64,000 nt of DNA from an uncultured delta proteobacterium (GTDB taxonomy: Bacteria > Myxococcota_A > UBA9160 > SMWR01), in assembly GCA_963832165.1 (NCBI GenBank), contig CAWHTE010000011.1:1-64000 (forward strand), given 5' to 3'. Under the pieces are notes generated by a model. It had not been told where the DNA came from and searched no databases. It was given only the letters and a program-made list of their open reading frames with translations. Each line of letters starts with the position of its first letter. The stretch's first letter is position 1. Below, piece after piece: positions 11,601 through 22,390 of the stretch. The position numbers and the translations under genes are program-made.

Positions 11601-12718
11601 ATGGCCGCAATCGTCAAGCTCCCTTCTGGAAGTTGGCGCGCCCAGGTACGCCGAAAAGGCAAGTACGTCACTGCGACATTCCTCCGCCGTAAAGACGCTG
11701 ATGAGTGGTCCCTCGCCACTGAACGCAACATCGATCGAGGTGTTCTGCCGAACTCACCTGATCCGAAGAGTGTGCGGACGTTGGCTTCTATCATCGATCT
11801 TCATATCCGCGACCACAAGGAAGTCGGCAAGCCAATCCGGCGATCCAAGTCAAATGTACTGAGGCTCTCCGCATTTCACTCGGTGACACGCGTATACATG
11901 ATTTGAAGCGAAGCAAGTTGATCGAGTATGGAAAGCGGCGCGCAAAGGAAGGCGCTGGCCCTGCCACACTTTCTATCGACTTCTCTTTCTTAGGCACACT
12001 TCTCACGCACGCGGCAGCAGTTCACGGAATTGCGGTCTATCCTGAGGAGGTGAAGCTTGCCCGAGTTGCCCTGTCACGTCTCGGACTCGTTGGCAAAGGT
12101 GTTGAGAGAGATCGAAGACCAACCCAAGATGAACTGACCAGGCTAATCGTGTATTTCAACCACAAACCCCGACAGCTACTCCCTATGGCAAGGATCATTC
12201 GCTTCGCAGTGGCAACGGCAATGCGGCAAGAAGAAATCTGCAAATTTGAATGGACCGACGTTGATATTCAGAAACGGCTCGTTACTGTCCGGGATCGGAA
12301 GGACCCGCGCCGCAAGGAGGGAAATAATCAACGAGTCCCGATGCTCAATCTCACTGGCTACGACGCTTGGGAGGTATTGTTGGAGCAACGCATTGTAACC
12401 GGAGGGATAGGTCGTGTGTTTCCACATCATCACAAGTCAGTGGGAACGGCTTTTCGTCGTGCGTGTAAAGAACTAAAGATCCACGATCTTCACTTTCATG
12501 ATCTGCGTCATGAAGCGACTAGTCGACTATTTGAAGCTGGACTGACTATCGAACGCGTGGCACTTGTCACGGGGCACAAGGACTGGAAAATGTTGCGCCG
12601 CTACACAAACCTCCGACCCGAGTCTCTGCATTCGAAGAGCAAAGTTGTCAATTTTCAGAAAACTTCTTTGATACCGGAAGTTTTGAAAGATATGACCACC
12701 AAAGAGAAATCGGCATAG
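11601..12718 (+). mobile_element. Tyrosine recombinase, dusA-associated integrase type (frameshift ~11860-11900); edge of a genomic island
   Basis: N-terminus SWRAQVRRKG; TAMRQEEI, HFHDLRHEA, TGHKDW and LRRYTN give the R..HxxR..H..Y catalytic set; divergent from the dusA 5' end; lower GC. Confidence 0.9.
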
Positions 12719-13014
12719 CTCAACTTAGGCAGCTTCCCCCGACCAGATGAACTATTGCTCTCATTGCAATTGACGGGTGCATAGGCAATCCCAGTTGATG
12801 CCAAAACTCCACGTGTCGGTGGCTCAATTCGACGATTCTGAACAGTGGTGCGCTTCGAATTTATTAGGTAACGTCATACGAATGCTGATTGGGAGTGATA
12901 ATCGTCCAGTTGTTTTCGACATTCGGCGATTGTTCTGTTTCGTTGAATTCGGGAGGTTGAAATGTCCATTTTTAGCATTTTACTGCGGGCTGTGGCGTTT
13001 GTAGCCTTTTTCTC

Positions 13015-13459
13015 CTAGAAGTTCGCGCGCACGACCGGCCGCGAGGCCGCGTCCACACTGCGGTCCGCTATTTCAAAAACCGACGCGTCGAGCGAGACCT
13101 GGTCCCGCACTTTCCGCTCCTTTCGCAGAAAATCGTAGCAGGCGGAAACTGTGATCCGGGCCAGCCAATGGGCAAAGGGCGCTTCGCGCGCGAAACTTTC
13201 CAAGGTGGCGAAAGGCCCGCACAAAGACTTCCTGGCAGATGTCGTCAAGCTGATGATCGTCGCGCGCGAAACTCGCGGCGGTGGCAAAGACGCGCCGCTT
13301 GTGGCGTGTCACCAATTCTGCAAACGCATCATCATCCCCGCCGAGCGACGCGGCGACCAGCGCTTCATCGGAAGGCGGGAGACGTCGGCCATCGGCGGCG
13401 TCTTAGCGTCCGCCAGCGGCAAAGGCAACAAGGTCCAGGAAAGGGGTAGTAGTAGACAT
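13015..13459 (-). CDS. ECF sigma-70 factor, frameshifted, 3' truncated
   Basis: ELVTRHKRRVFATA..DDICQEVFVRAFRHLGKF..FAHWLARITVSACYDFLRK (region 2). Confidence 0.8.
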
Positions 13460-13637
13460 CGGCAGGTGGCGGCGCCGTTTCGAAGCGGGGCAATGAAACG
13501 AAGCACATCGTTCCTGCAGAGCGTGCTACTTTGGAAGGGTTACAGAAACTTCGGGGCGTGCCGCCTTCAGCCGACCTTTCGGCGGCAATTGACTTTCAGC
13601 TTGTGACTTCAGGGGCGTCCTCCTAGCACTGCACGCC

Positions 13638-14736
13638 ATGCGAGTCCCCCCCGTTCTCCGCCGTTTCGTGCTGCCCGCATTTTTGGCCCACTGCTGTCGT
13701 TTCCAGCCGTGCGGCCGATGACCCCGCGCGCCTGGCGCGCATCCGGGCCGCGAAGATGCCGCCCTTCAACGCGCCAGTGATGTTCGACACCCCGGAAGCC
13801 GACGCCATCCTCGCCGCGCTCGAAGTCTTTCCTCCCGACAATCCCTGGAACCAGCTCGTGACCGACTGGCCGCTCCATGCGCGCTCGAAAGAAATCGGTC
13901 GCGAGCATTGGCGATGCCGAAGCCGATGCGCGTCCAACGCGCGACATGGCTTTCATCCTTGTCCCGCCCAACCAGCCTTTGGTCCAAGTCGAAGCGCTAC
14001 GCGCTTATGCTAGGCGAATCCGACAAGGGGTCCCTTTCCGATTCCGCCCACCCATTTGCCAATTGAAGGCTGGCCAGCCCAATATCAAAGCGGTGATGCC
14101 AAAACCCGTTGAAGCTCACACTCGAAGACGTCCAGGCTGGACAAATTTTGAAACCGTGCGAGCGATCGACATGCCATTGTCGTCGATCCTGTCCGTGTCG
14201 CTTGCTTTTCGAATTCTATACGGCTTCCCGGAAGGGGACGGGCGGTTGGAACGTTTCCCAGAGCTTCCAATTTCGACCTCTCCAATCAAACAAGCTCCGT
14301 CCCGACGGGCTGGACCTCTAGCGATGCGGCGGCCGGCTGGCCTGCCGATCTTTCCGGCGGTCGTCCGCTACGACGAGATTCAGTCGCCCCGCGATCGACC
14401 ACGCCGCTCGCTTTTCACGATCAGCGCAAATTGCGCTAAGCGCTTATGTCTATCCGGCCACTCATTTCGCCAGCAAGTTGACCGACGACAACTGCCGAGG
14501 ATGGGCGAGCGCCTCCGGCTGCGCCACGATTTCGACACCTCAAAGTTCTTTTTCGCCCGACGTCCGCGACATCTTGAGGCGCTGAAACGCTACGGCATGT
14601 TCGTCGCGGAAACGGAATCGAGTGGGCCGTTTCCGTGGCGCCGGACGAGCGCATCCCCTCAATGGCGGAAGAACTTCGAAAAGTGAAAGGCTCCGATTTC
14701 GAAGTCGTCGTCGCACCCGGGAGTCCGAAGGACTGA
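13638..14736 (+). CDS. Conserved hypothetical, probably secreted protein, heavily frameshifted
   Basis: Protein-like pieces VFPPDNPWNQLV, MAFILVPPNQP, AGLPIFPAVVRYDE, PRMGERLRLR, EALKRYGMFVA across frames. Confidence 0.55.
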
Positions 14737-14742
14737 GGAAAT

Positions 14743-15434
14743 CTACGCCTCGAGCCGGTAACCCAGCCCGTGCACCGTCAGCAGATGCTGCGGCTCCCCG
14801 GGTTCCACTTCTATTTTCTGCCGCAACTTCACCACCAATTGATCCAGCGTCCGCGTCGTCCCGTAATACTCGATGCCCCACACCTCGGTTAGGATCGTCT
14901 CACGCGACACCGCGTTTCCGCGCTCGCGATGCAACAGCGCCAGCACCTTCAGCTCTCGCGGCGTGAGTTCAAAATGATCTTTTCCCCGCGTCCCCCGGAG
15001 CGCCTTGCAGTCCACCCGCACTTTCCCAAAGGTAATCTCATCCGGTACGTCCGGAGTGATGGCGTTCGGTGCGGCGCGTCGAAGGAGCGCTTGCACACGG
15101 GCGAGCAGTTCACGCAGGGAAAAGGGCTTTGTCACGTAATCGTCGGCACCCAGTTCAGCTCCACCACTTTGTCGAGCTCCCGCCCCTTGGCGGAGAGCAT
15201 GAGGATCGGGGTCCGATTCTTTTCCGCGCGCAGTTCACGGCAGAGGTCAAATCCGCTTTTCCCTGGCAGCATGATGTCCAGGATCAGTAGGTCTGGCCGG
15301 CGCTGGCGAATTATCGGCCCTGCCTGCGCGCCATCGCGGCATTCAGTGACTTCATAGCCTTCGCCGCGCAGCGCGTCGCAGAGGCCCAGCCGAATGTGAG
15401 CGTCGTCTTCCACGACAAGGAGATGTTTTTTCAA
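14743..15434 (-). CDS. OmpR/PhoB family response regulator (frameshift ~15150)
   Basis: LLVVEDD, PDLLILDIMLPG, TKPFSLRELLAR, winged helix LLTVHGLGYRL. Confidence 0.9.
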
Positions 15435-15534
15435 GGGGAGGGGAAATGAATGGTGGCTGCGCGGGCCGCCTTTGAGAATGGGAATCGTGCGCAGGCTGCC
15501 ATCTCATCGTGGGGAGGTGTGAAAGAGAGCGGGA

Positions 15535-16052
15535 TCATGCCTGGTCCAGGGGAAGCCGGAGCGTGAAGTTGCTGCCGCCGCCCGGGCGCGGCTGGTAAAG
15601 GATCTCACCGCCATGCTCGTGGGCCAATTGCTGGGCCAGGGAGTCGCCAGCCCGCTTCCCGTGATGCCGCTGCTCAGCGAATCGTGCGCGCGGTAGAAAG
15701 ATTCGAAGATTTTTCGCTCGTCGCCGGGCGGAACTCCGACCCCGCGGTCCAGGACGCTCACACATGCAAATTCCCCGTCGAGATAGCTGTGCAGCTCGAT
15801 CTCCTTTCGATCTCCGGAATACTTCTCCGCGTTGGAAAGCAGGTTGACCAGGATCTGGGCGAAGGCGTCTTCATCGCCGGTGACCGGATACGGCCCCGGC
15901 GCCGCCTGCCAGCGGGTGGTAAAGCCGTTTTCCTGCAGATGCAGTTCGTGCCCTTCCCAGGCCCGCTCCACCACCGCATGCAAATCGAGCGGGCGCTTGT
16001 CGAATTGCTTTTGCTTCCGTTCGAGGCGCGCGAAATCCAGCACGTTGTTGTA
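15535..16052 (-). CDS. Sensor histidine kinase, C-terminal HATPase fragment
   Basis: NNVLDFAR, NLLSNAEKY (N box), DRGVG (G1), FESFYR (F box), GSGL (G2). Confidence 0.85.
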
Positions 16053-16505
16053 GTACTGGAACTTGATCGACCACTCGGTCAGCAGCGCTCCGCCTTCGAC
16101 GGTGAAGCCCCAGGTGTAGACCGCCGGGTTGGCTGTCACGTCCGTGTAGCCAGCGGTGCACACGAAGTCGGACTCGCCGGCGCCGGTGCACAGGCCATTC
16201 GCGCTGATGCCCGCGAGCTTCGGATCGGACCAGCTCGCGTCCGGGGACACCGCGAGCGAGATGTCGGAATTGGTGATCCCGCTGATCGCCTTGAAGCCCG
16301 CCTGTACGACGCCGTCGGGCGAGCCGTCGTAGTTGGTCGTGTCGAGCGTGAGCGTCACGTCCCAGTTTCCGCCCCCCGCCGGATCCACGGAGAGGGAGAC
16401 GGTCGATCCCTGACACGACGCGCAGTTCTCGAGCGTGATCGTGGCGGCGCTGGCGGAAGCGCCGATCGAGAGCAGTGCGAGTAGTAGGGTGGCAAGTGAT
16501 CGCAT
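16053..16505 (-). CDS. Secreted protein N-terminal part (PEP-CTERM-like), truncated at junction
   Basis: Signal peptide MRSLATLLLALLSIGASASA; Thr/Gly/Ser-rich beta-type sequence; C-terminus absent. Confidence 0.55.
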
Positions 16506-16669
16506 AATTCGGTTTTCGAATTATGTGGGTTTTATAAAGGCACCACAAGCCCTTATAAAAGAGTTTGCCGGTCGCGTCCCCGGCGCGCGCGGGTTTCCCA
16601 CGGGGAGCCTGCCGTTTCGCGAGCCCTCGCCGAACGCTCGGCGGGCGGATCAATCGCGCCAATCGCCCG

Positions 16670-18505
16670 CTATTGGATCCACAGCCACAGGCAGGCCGCG
16701 CCGGCGATGCCGAGCATCTGCAGCGAGAGACCCGACGCGATCGCGAGCGAGCGCTCGCGGATCACGCCGAGGATCAGGCCTGCGAGCAGCGCGTTGGCGG
16801 CGACGAACCCGAGCGCGAACGGCGGCGTGATGCCGATCTGCGCGAGCTCTTCCGGCAGCACGCGCGCGGTCACGACCGTGGAGACGGCCGCGTAGGCCAG
16901 CGCCGAGATCACCGTTGCGCGCGAGAGGAAGCGCGGCCCGCCCGGGTACTGGATCTTGAAATCGAGCGAGAGCAGCCCGTGCACGAGGCCGCGGAACCAG
17001 AGCTCGACCGCCGCGATCGCGAGCAGCGCCGCGGTCAGGCCGAGCGCGAACTCGAGCGGCGTGGAGCCGAGCCGGGCCGGGATCCATCCGCGCAGCGGGA
17101 TCGCGCATAGCAAGAGCGCTGGCGTGAGCACCCACCAGCGCCCGGGCGCGGGCATCCGCCAGCCGAACACCCAGGGCCGCCAGCGCGAAGCGCCGCGCGT
17201 GGCGACGGTGCCGACCGCGAGCGCGAGCAGCGCGACGGTGCCGAGCTCGAACGCGGCGCGGATCGTCCGGCTCGCACCCGAGAGATCGAGTGAGGGCAGC
17301 GCCGCGGCGAGCGGCCAGAACGCGAGAAACGCGAGTCCCACGGCGAAGGCGCCGGCGCTGCGCACGGCGCGCCGCACGAGGCCCTGCTTGCGGTAGGCGC
17401 GCTCGAGGACCTCGATCACCTCGGCCGACGCGAGCTGTGTGCCGCGCGGCCGCGGAGAGCCGCCGATGTCCGCCGATCCGCCCCAGCGCTTGCCGGGCGG
17501 GCGGCCGTCCACCGCGGGGTCGATCCGGTTCAACAGCGCGTAGGCGATCTCGAGGTCGGGCCCATCGAGCGTGTTCACGCGCCGCAACGTGTAGTGACCG
17601 GGCTGGTTCTCGAGCGCGATCAGGCTGAGCTGATCGCCCCAGTGGGTCTTGAGGTGCTGCTCGACGGTGTAGATGCCCGATCTGTCGCGGCACACCACGG
17701 CGACCTGGCGCGGTCCGATCTCGACGTGGCCGTAGATCTCCTCGATACGCGTGTAGTCGCCGAAGTCCTCGAACTGGTAGACCATCGCGTCGATCGAGCG
17801 CAGCATCTCGGTCGTGTAGGCGTAGACGTCCTTCTTGGCCCACGCGCCCGCCTGCTTCAGCTCGCGCTCGCGCACGAGCAGCTCGTCGATGCGGCGCTGC
17901 GCGTCGGCGAGCACGCGCGTGGGAAGGCCGCACAGCCGCGCGAGCTCGGGTCCGTTCGCGTCGATCGCGCCCTCGAGGCGCAGGATCGGCAGCAGCACGT
18001 CGCGCGCCTCGGGCCGGAGCTCGCGCAGCCGCCGGTGGTTCAGCAGGCACCAGAGCGCGAGCACCGTGTCGAGGTCGGGGTCGTTCGCGTAGATCGTCCA
18101 GTCGTCTTCGGAGAGCTTGAGTCCGCTGTGCACGAGCAGGAGCGCCTGCTCGCAGGTCGCCAGCGTGAAGAGCCGCTCGCAGCCCGAGTGGTGGTCGAGG
18201 TTGAACAGCTTGCGCTCGCTGTCGACGAGCGGGCCGAACGAGCCGGCTCCATCCAGCAGGATCACGCGCTCCCCGAGGGAGGAGGCATCCGAGCGCGAAG
18301 CCGCCATGTCGGGGTCGAGCACCACGCGGATCCGCGGCGCCTCGTCGCATTCGAGGCTGCGGACGCCATCCTTCTCCCGCGTCGAGTAGCGCTCCGGGAT
18401 CACCGCGATCCTGCGAACGACTGCGGGCGGCGTGTCGAATCGAGCCTCGGCACCGCTAATTGGCGGATACCGGAGGCTCGCCAACTGGCGCGGGGGTTCC
18501 GCCAT
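16670..18505 (-). CDS. Permuted DHH-like phosphoesterase domain fused to a CPBP/Abi-like membrane domain
   Basis: NLDHH, NDPDLD and WGGSADIGGSPR in the soluble part; about 7 TM helices with AVELWFRG. Confidence 0.55.
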   Translation of the reverse strand: MAEPPRQLASLRYPPISGAEARFDTPPAVVRRIAVIPERYSTREKDGVRSLECDEAPRIRVVLDPDMAASRSDASSLGERVILLDGAGSFGPLVDSERKLFNLDHHSGCERLFTLATCEQALLLVHSGLKLSEDDWTIYANDPDLDTVLALWCLLNHRRLRELRPEARDVLLPILRLEGAIDANGPELARLCGLPTRVLADAQRRIDELLVRERELKQAGAWAKKDVYAYTTEMLRSIDAMVYQFEDFGDYTRIEEIYGHVEIGPRQVAVVCRDRSGIYTVEQHLKTHWGDQLSLIALENQPGHYTLRRVNTLDGPDLEIAYALLNRIDPAVDGRPPGKRWGGSADIGGSPRPRGTQLASAEVIEVLERAYRKQGLVRRAVRSAGAFAVGLAFLAFWPLAAALPSLDLSGASRTIRAAFELGTVALLALAVGTVATRGASRWRPWVFGWRMPAPGRWWVLTPALLLCAIPLRGWIPARLGSTPLEFALGLTAALLAIAAVELWFRGLVHGLLSLDFKIQYPGGPRFLSRATVISALAYAAVSTVVTARVLPEELAQIGITPPFALGFVAANALLAGLILGVIRERSLAIASGLSLQMLGIAGAACLWLWIQ

Positions 18506-18771
18506 TCGGCTGGGAGCTCCTGGGCGGTTGAATCTCGAAAGCGTGGCCCTGCCGTGAAGGGGCGGCAAGGGGTCCACGCCGTTCGGCTCAACCCACTGGA
18601 ATCATTGGATAAATATCTGTTTTCGCGCAGGGGAGTGCGCGCGGCGCGCATCCTCGCCCAACCCTTGGGGCCCCTCGGTTCCCAGCAACCCATCGGCGAA
18701 CGGGCGCGCGACTAGACCCGGAAATCGGCGCGACCAGACCCGGAAATCGGAGGCGCGGGCCGCGCGTCGCG

Positions 18772-20007
18772 TCAACCCGCGAACGCCCGCGCGATCCGGT
18801 CGATCGCCTCCTCGACGGCTTCGCGCGAGTTGAACGCGGAGATCCGGAAGTAGCCCTCGCCCGCGGCGCCGAACCCGCTGCCGGGCGTGCACACCACGTG
18901 CGCCTCCTGGAGCAGCCGGTCGAAGAAGTCCCAGCTCGAGAGCGCGTCCGGTGTGCGCACCCAGACGTAGGGAGCGTGCTCACCGCCGGTACAGCGGAAC
19001 CCCGACGCTGCAAGCCCAACCCTCAGGGTCTGTGCGTTGGCCATGTAGTAGGCCACCTGCTCTGCGGTCTGCTTGCGACCCTCGGGCGTGTATACGGCCG
19101 CGGCCGCGCGCTGGATCGGGTAGGGCACGCTGTTGAACTTCGTCGCGTGCCGACGCGCCCACAGCCCGTGCAGCGGCACGCGCTCGCCGCTCGCTGTGGT
19201 GCCGGTCACCTGCTTCGGGATCACCGTGTACGCGCAGCGCACACCCGTGAAGCCCGCGCGCTTCGAGTAGCTGCGCATCTCGATCGCGCACTCGCGCGCG
19301 CCCGCGATCTCGTAGATCGAGCGCGGCAGCGCCGGGTCCTGGATGAACGCGTCGTAGGCGGCGTCGAAGATCAGCACCGCATCGCTGCGGCGCGCCCACG
19401 CCACCCACGCCTCGAGATGCGCGCGCGTCATCACGGCGCCGGTCGGGTTGTTGGGCGAGCACAGGTACGCGATCTCGACCGGCGCAGCGGGCGGGTCCGG
19501 CACGAAACCGTTGCGCTCGGTGCCGGGAAGGTAGGTAATGCCCGCATAACGCCCCTGCGCGTCGGCCGTGCCGGTGCGCCCCGCCATCACGTTCGTGTCG
19601 ACGTAGACGGGATAGACCGGATCGGTGACGGCGATCGTGGCGCTCTGGCCGAAGATCTCCTGGAGGTTCCCGCTGTCCTGCTTGCTGCCGTCGGAGACGA
19701 AGATCTCGTCGGCAGCGACGTCGACGCCGCGCGCGCGGTAGTCGCCCTCGCGGATCGCGTCGAGCAGGAAGTCGTAGCCGTTCTCGGGGCCGTAGCCGCG
19801 AAAGCCCTTCGCGCTCCCCATCTCGACGCTCGCGTCGCGCATCGCTTCGACGATCGCGGGCGCGAGCGGCAGCGTGACGTCGCCGATCCCGAGCCGGATC
19901 ACGCGCGCATCGGGGTGTGCCTCGGAAAACGCGCGCACGCGCCGGCCGATTTCGGGGAACAGGTAGCCGGCCTGGAGCTTTCGGTAGTGCTCGTTGATCC
20001 TGGCCAT
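18772..20007 (-). CDS. dapL: LL-diaminopimelate aminotransferase
   Basis: [55 protein letters not shown]. Confidence 0.95.
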   Translation of the reverse strand: MARINEHYRKLQAGYLFPEIGRRVRAFSEAHPDARVIRLGIGDVTLPLAPAIVEAMRDASVEMGSAKGFRGYGPENGYDFLLDAIREGDYRARGVDVAADEIFVSDGSKQDSGNLQEIFGQSATIAVTDPVYPVYVDTNVMAGRTGTADAQGRYAGITYLPGTERNGFVPDPPAAPVEIAYLCSPNNPTGAVMTRAHLEAWVAWARRSDAVLIFDAAYDAFIQDPALPRSIYEIAGARECAIEMRSYSKRAGFTGVRCAYTVIPKQVTGTTASGERVPLHGLWARRHATKFNSVPYPIQRAAAAVYTPEGRKQTAEQVAYYMANAQTLRVGLAASGFRCTGGEHAPYVWVRTPDALSSWDFFDRLLQEAHVVCTPGSGFGAAGEGYFRISAFNSREAVEEAIDRIARAFAG

Positions 20008-20741
20008 CAATCCTCGAGTAGATAGTCGACCGTGGACACCACGCGCACGGTCTTTTCGAGCTGGTTGTCCTCGGAAGCGCCCGGCACGCGGTCGCGCGGC
20101 AGGATCTCGAACGTACCCTGGTTCGCGCGCCGGATCGCTCCCACGCGGCTGCCCGAATCACGCGCGAACTGCTCGGCGCCCTCGCGCGCGCGCGCGGTCG
20201 CCTCGGCGATCATCTCGGGCTTGATCGCGTTGAGGCCCGAATAGATGTAGGTAGCGCCGCTCGAACGGTAGTCGTCGCTGCCCGAGGAGAGCACGACTCC
20301 CGCCTCGACGAGCTCGCCCACCTTCTCGGTCGCCGCATGGATCTTGTCGGGCTCCGTCGAGCGCACGACGAGCGTCTCGTTGATCACGTACCGGCTCCCC
20401 ACCGCGCGCTCGCTGCGGTACTGGTCCGCGTTGGCGTCGCGTACCGAGAACGCCTGCACCTGTGCGCTCTTGGGGTCGAGGCCGTGCCGGCCCAGGAACT
20501 CGCGGATCTTCTCGACGCTGCGCTGCAGGTCGCCGTGCGCCTTCGCGAGATCGTCGGCCGCCACCGAGAGACGCAGCGGCCAGATCGCGAGATCCGCGCG
20601 CACGTCGCGCTCCGAGACGCCCTTCACGGTCACGAAGCGATCGCCTGCGCGTGCCTGTGCGAAACCGTTCCCCACGAACCAGCCCGCCGCGGCGATCGCC
20701 GCGGCGAGCACGAGCGCGGCGAGCCGCCCGATCGAATCCAT
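20007..20741 (-). CDS. SIMPL (DUF541) domain protein
   Basis: [60 protein letters not shown]. Confidence 0.88.
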   Translation of the reverse strand: MDSIGRLAALVLAAAIAAAGWFVGNGFAQARAGDRFVTVKGVSERDVRADLAIWPLRLSVAADDLAKAHGDLQRSVEKIREFLGRHGLDPKSAQVQAFSVRDANADQYRSERAVGSRYVINETLVVRSTEPDKIHAATEKVGELVEAGVVLSSGSDDYRSSGATYIYSGLNAIKPEMIAEATARAREGAEQFARDSGSRVGAIRRANQGTFEILPRDRVPGASEDNQLEKTVRVVSTVDYLLED

Positions 20742-20767
20742 TGCTTCCCCCCGACCTTCGAAGTTGG

Positions 20768-22381
20768 CTAGCGCGGCGCGTCGATCAATACGCCCGGGTT
20801 CAGGATACCGGCCGGATCGAGCGCCGACTTCGCGGCGCGCAGCGCGGCTGCGAACGGGTCGGGGCGCTGGCGGTCGTACCAGGGACGGTGGTCGCGACCG
20901 ACCGCGTGGTGGTGGGTGATCGTGCCGCCGTGGCGCAAGAGCGCCTCGCTCGCGGCGTGCTTGATCTCGGCCCATTGATCGAGCTCGCTGCCTCGGCGGC
21001 CCGGCGCCATCACGGTGTAGTAGGGCGCGGGTCCGTCGGGATAGACGTGAGTGAAGCGGCACGTGACCGTGCCCGTGCCGCACACGCGCTTCACGGCGTC
21101 GCGCGTCGCTTCCATCACCGCGGCGTGGAAGGTCTCGAACGCGTCCCAGGGGATCGCGGTCTCGAACGTCTCGGAGACGAACGCCGCGCGCACGAGCGCA
21201 TCGCGCAGATAGGGAGCGTTCAGGAACGCGTTGCGCCACGCGCCCGCGGCGCCCTCGCGCGTCGCCACGTCGTCGGTGCGCGTGCGCAGCGCGTCGTCGG
21301 GTACGATGCCGCCCGCGTCGCGGCACAGCTCCGCCGCGCGCGCGATCCACGCGTCGAGCGCGTGGTCGGCGCTCTCGAAGCCGAGCACGAGCACGGCGGC
21401 CGTGCCGTCGCCGGCGCCCGCCGTGCGCGCTTCACCCGCATCGAGCAGGCGGCAGTTGCTCGGCGCGAGTCCCGACTGCGAGAGCGCGCGCACCGCCGCG
21501 GCGCCGCGCCCGAATCCGGCCTCGCCCTCGAAGCGCACCGACGCCGACGCGCGCATGCGCGGCCGGTCCTGCAGCCGCATCCACGCCTCGGTGATGATGC
21601 CGAGCGCTCCCTCCGAGCCCAGGAACATCCGGTCCGGGCTCGGCCCCGCGCCGGATCCGGGCAGCCGGCGGCTCTCCGCGACACCGGATGGGGTCACGAC
21701 GCGCATCGACTCGACGAAGTCGTCGATGTGGGTGTAGAGCGTGGCGTAGTGCCCGCCCGAGCGCGTGGCGAGCCAGCCGCCCAGCGTCGAGAACTCGAAC
21801 GACTGCGGGAAGTGGCGCAGCGTGAGGCCGTGCGGGCGCAACGCGTCTTCGAGCGCGGGGCCGTAGATACCCGCTTCGATGCGCGCGGCGCGCGACGTGC
21901 GGTCGATCTCGAGCACGCGCGAAAGGCGTCCGAGGTCGATCGAGATTGCTCCGGCGTAGCCTTCACCGACGCGCGCCTCGACGCCGCCCACCACGCTCGA
22001 TCCGCCGCCATACGGAATCGCTGCGACTCCGCGCTCGCCGCACCAGTCGAGCAGCGCCGACACCTCGGCCTCGTCGCGCGGCTCGGCCACGAAGTCGGGT
22101 GCGGGCGCGAAGTCGCCGCGCGCACCGCGCACGATGTCGCGATAGGACTTCCCGTAGGTGTGCGACGCGCGCGCGTGCGGGTCGGTCTTGCACAGCGCGG
22201 CGAGCGCACTCGGCGGCGCGACGCGCGGCGACGGCAGCGCGATGTCTTCGAGACGTGGCTCGGGCGCGAGCTCGACGGGCGCATCGAAGCGCTCCGCGAG
22301 CGTGTGCGCGATCCCGCGCGACTGCTCCTCGTTCGGGCCGTCCCCTTCGTTTCCCCAACCCCAGAACTTGCGGCGCGCCAT
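20768..22381 (-). CDS. FAD-binding oxidoreductase (alkyl-DHAP synthase-like)
   Basis: PYGGGSSVVGG, RHFPQSFEFSTLGGW, GSEGALG, HHHAVG, LNPG. Confidence 0.9.
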   Translation of the reverse strand: MARRKFWGWGNEGDGPNEEQSRGIAHTLAERFDAPVELAPEPRLEDIALPSPRVAPPSALAALCKTDPHARASHTYGKSYRDIVRGARGDFAPAPDFVAEPRDEAEVSALLDWCGERGVAAIPYGGGSSVVGGVEARVGEGYAGAISIDLGRLSRVLEIDRTSRAARIEAGIYGPALEDALRPHGLTLRHFPQSFEFSTLGGWLATRSGGHYATLYTHIDDFVESMRVVTPSGVAESRRLPGSGAGPSPDRMFLGSEGALGIITEAWMRLQDRPRMRASASVRFEGEAGFGRGAAAVRALSQSGLAPSNCRLLDAGEARTAGAGDGTAAVLVLGFESADHALDAWIARAAELCRDAGGIVPDDALRTRTDDVATREGAAGAWRNAFLNAPYLRDALVRAAFVSETFETAIPWDAFETFHAAVMEATRDAVKRVCGTGTVTCRFTHVYPDGPAPYYTVMAPGRRGSELDQWAEIKHAASEALLRHGGTITHHHAVGRDHRPWYDRQRPDPFAAALRAAKSALDPAGILNPGVLIDAPR

Positions 22382-22390
22382 CGGGACCGA

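Noticed and set aside
15504..16505. 333-aa ORF that looks like a secreted domain fused to a histidine-kinase ATPase
   Set aside because: No TM helix or His-box links the halves and sequence style changes at ~16052. It is a chance in-frame join of two fragments.
16565..16625. Possible c-di-GMP-I riboswitch (GGAAAC..GGGACGC on the minus strand)
   Set aside because: Lacks the GNRA loop and the GCAAAGC continuation; needs an Rfam scan and is not supportable by eye.
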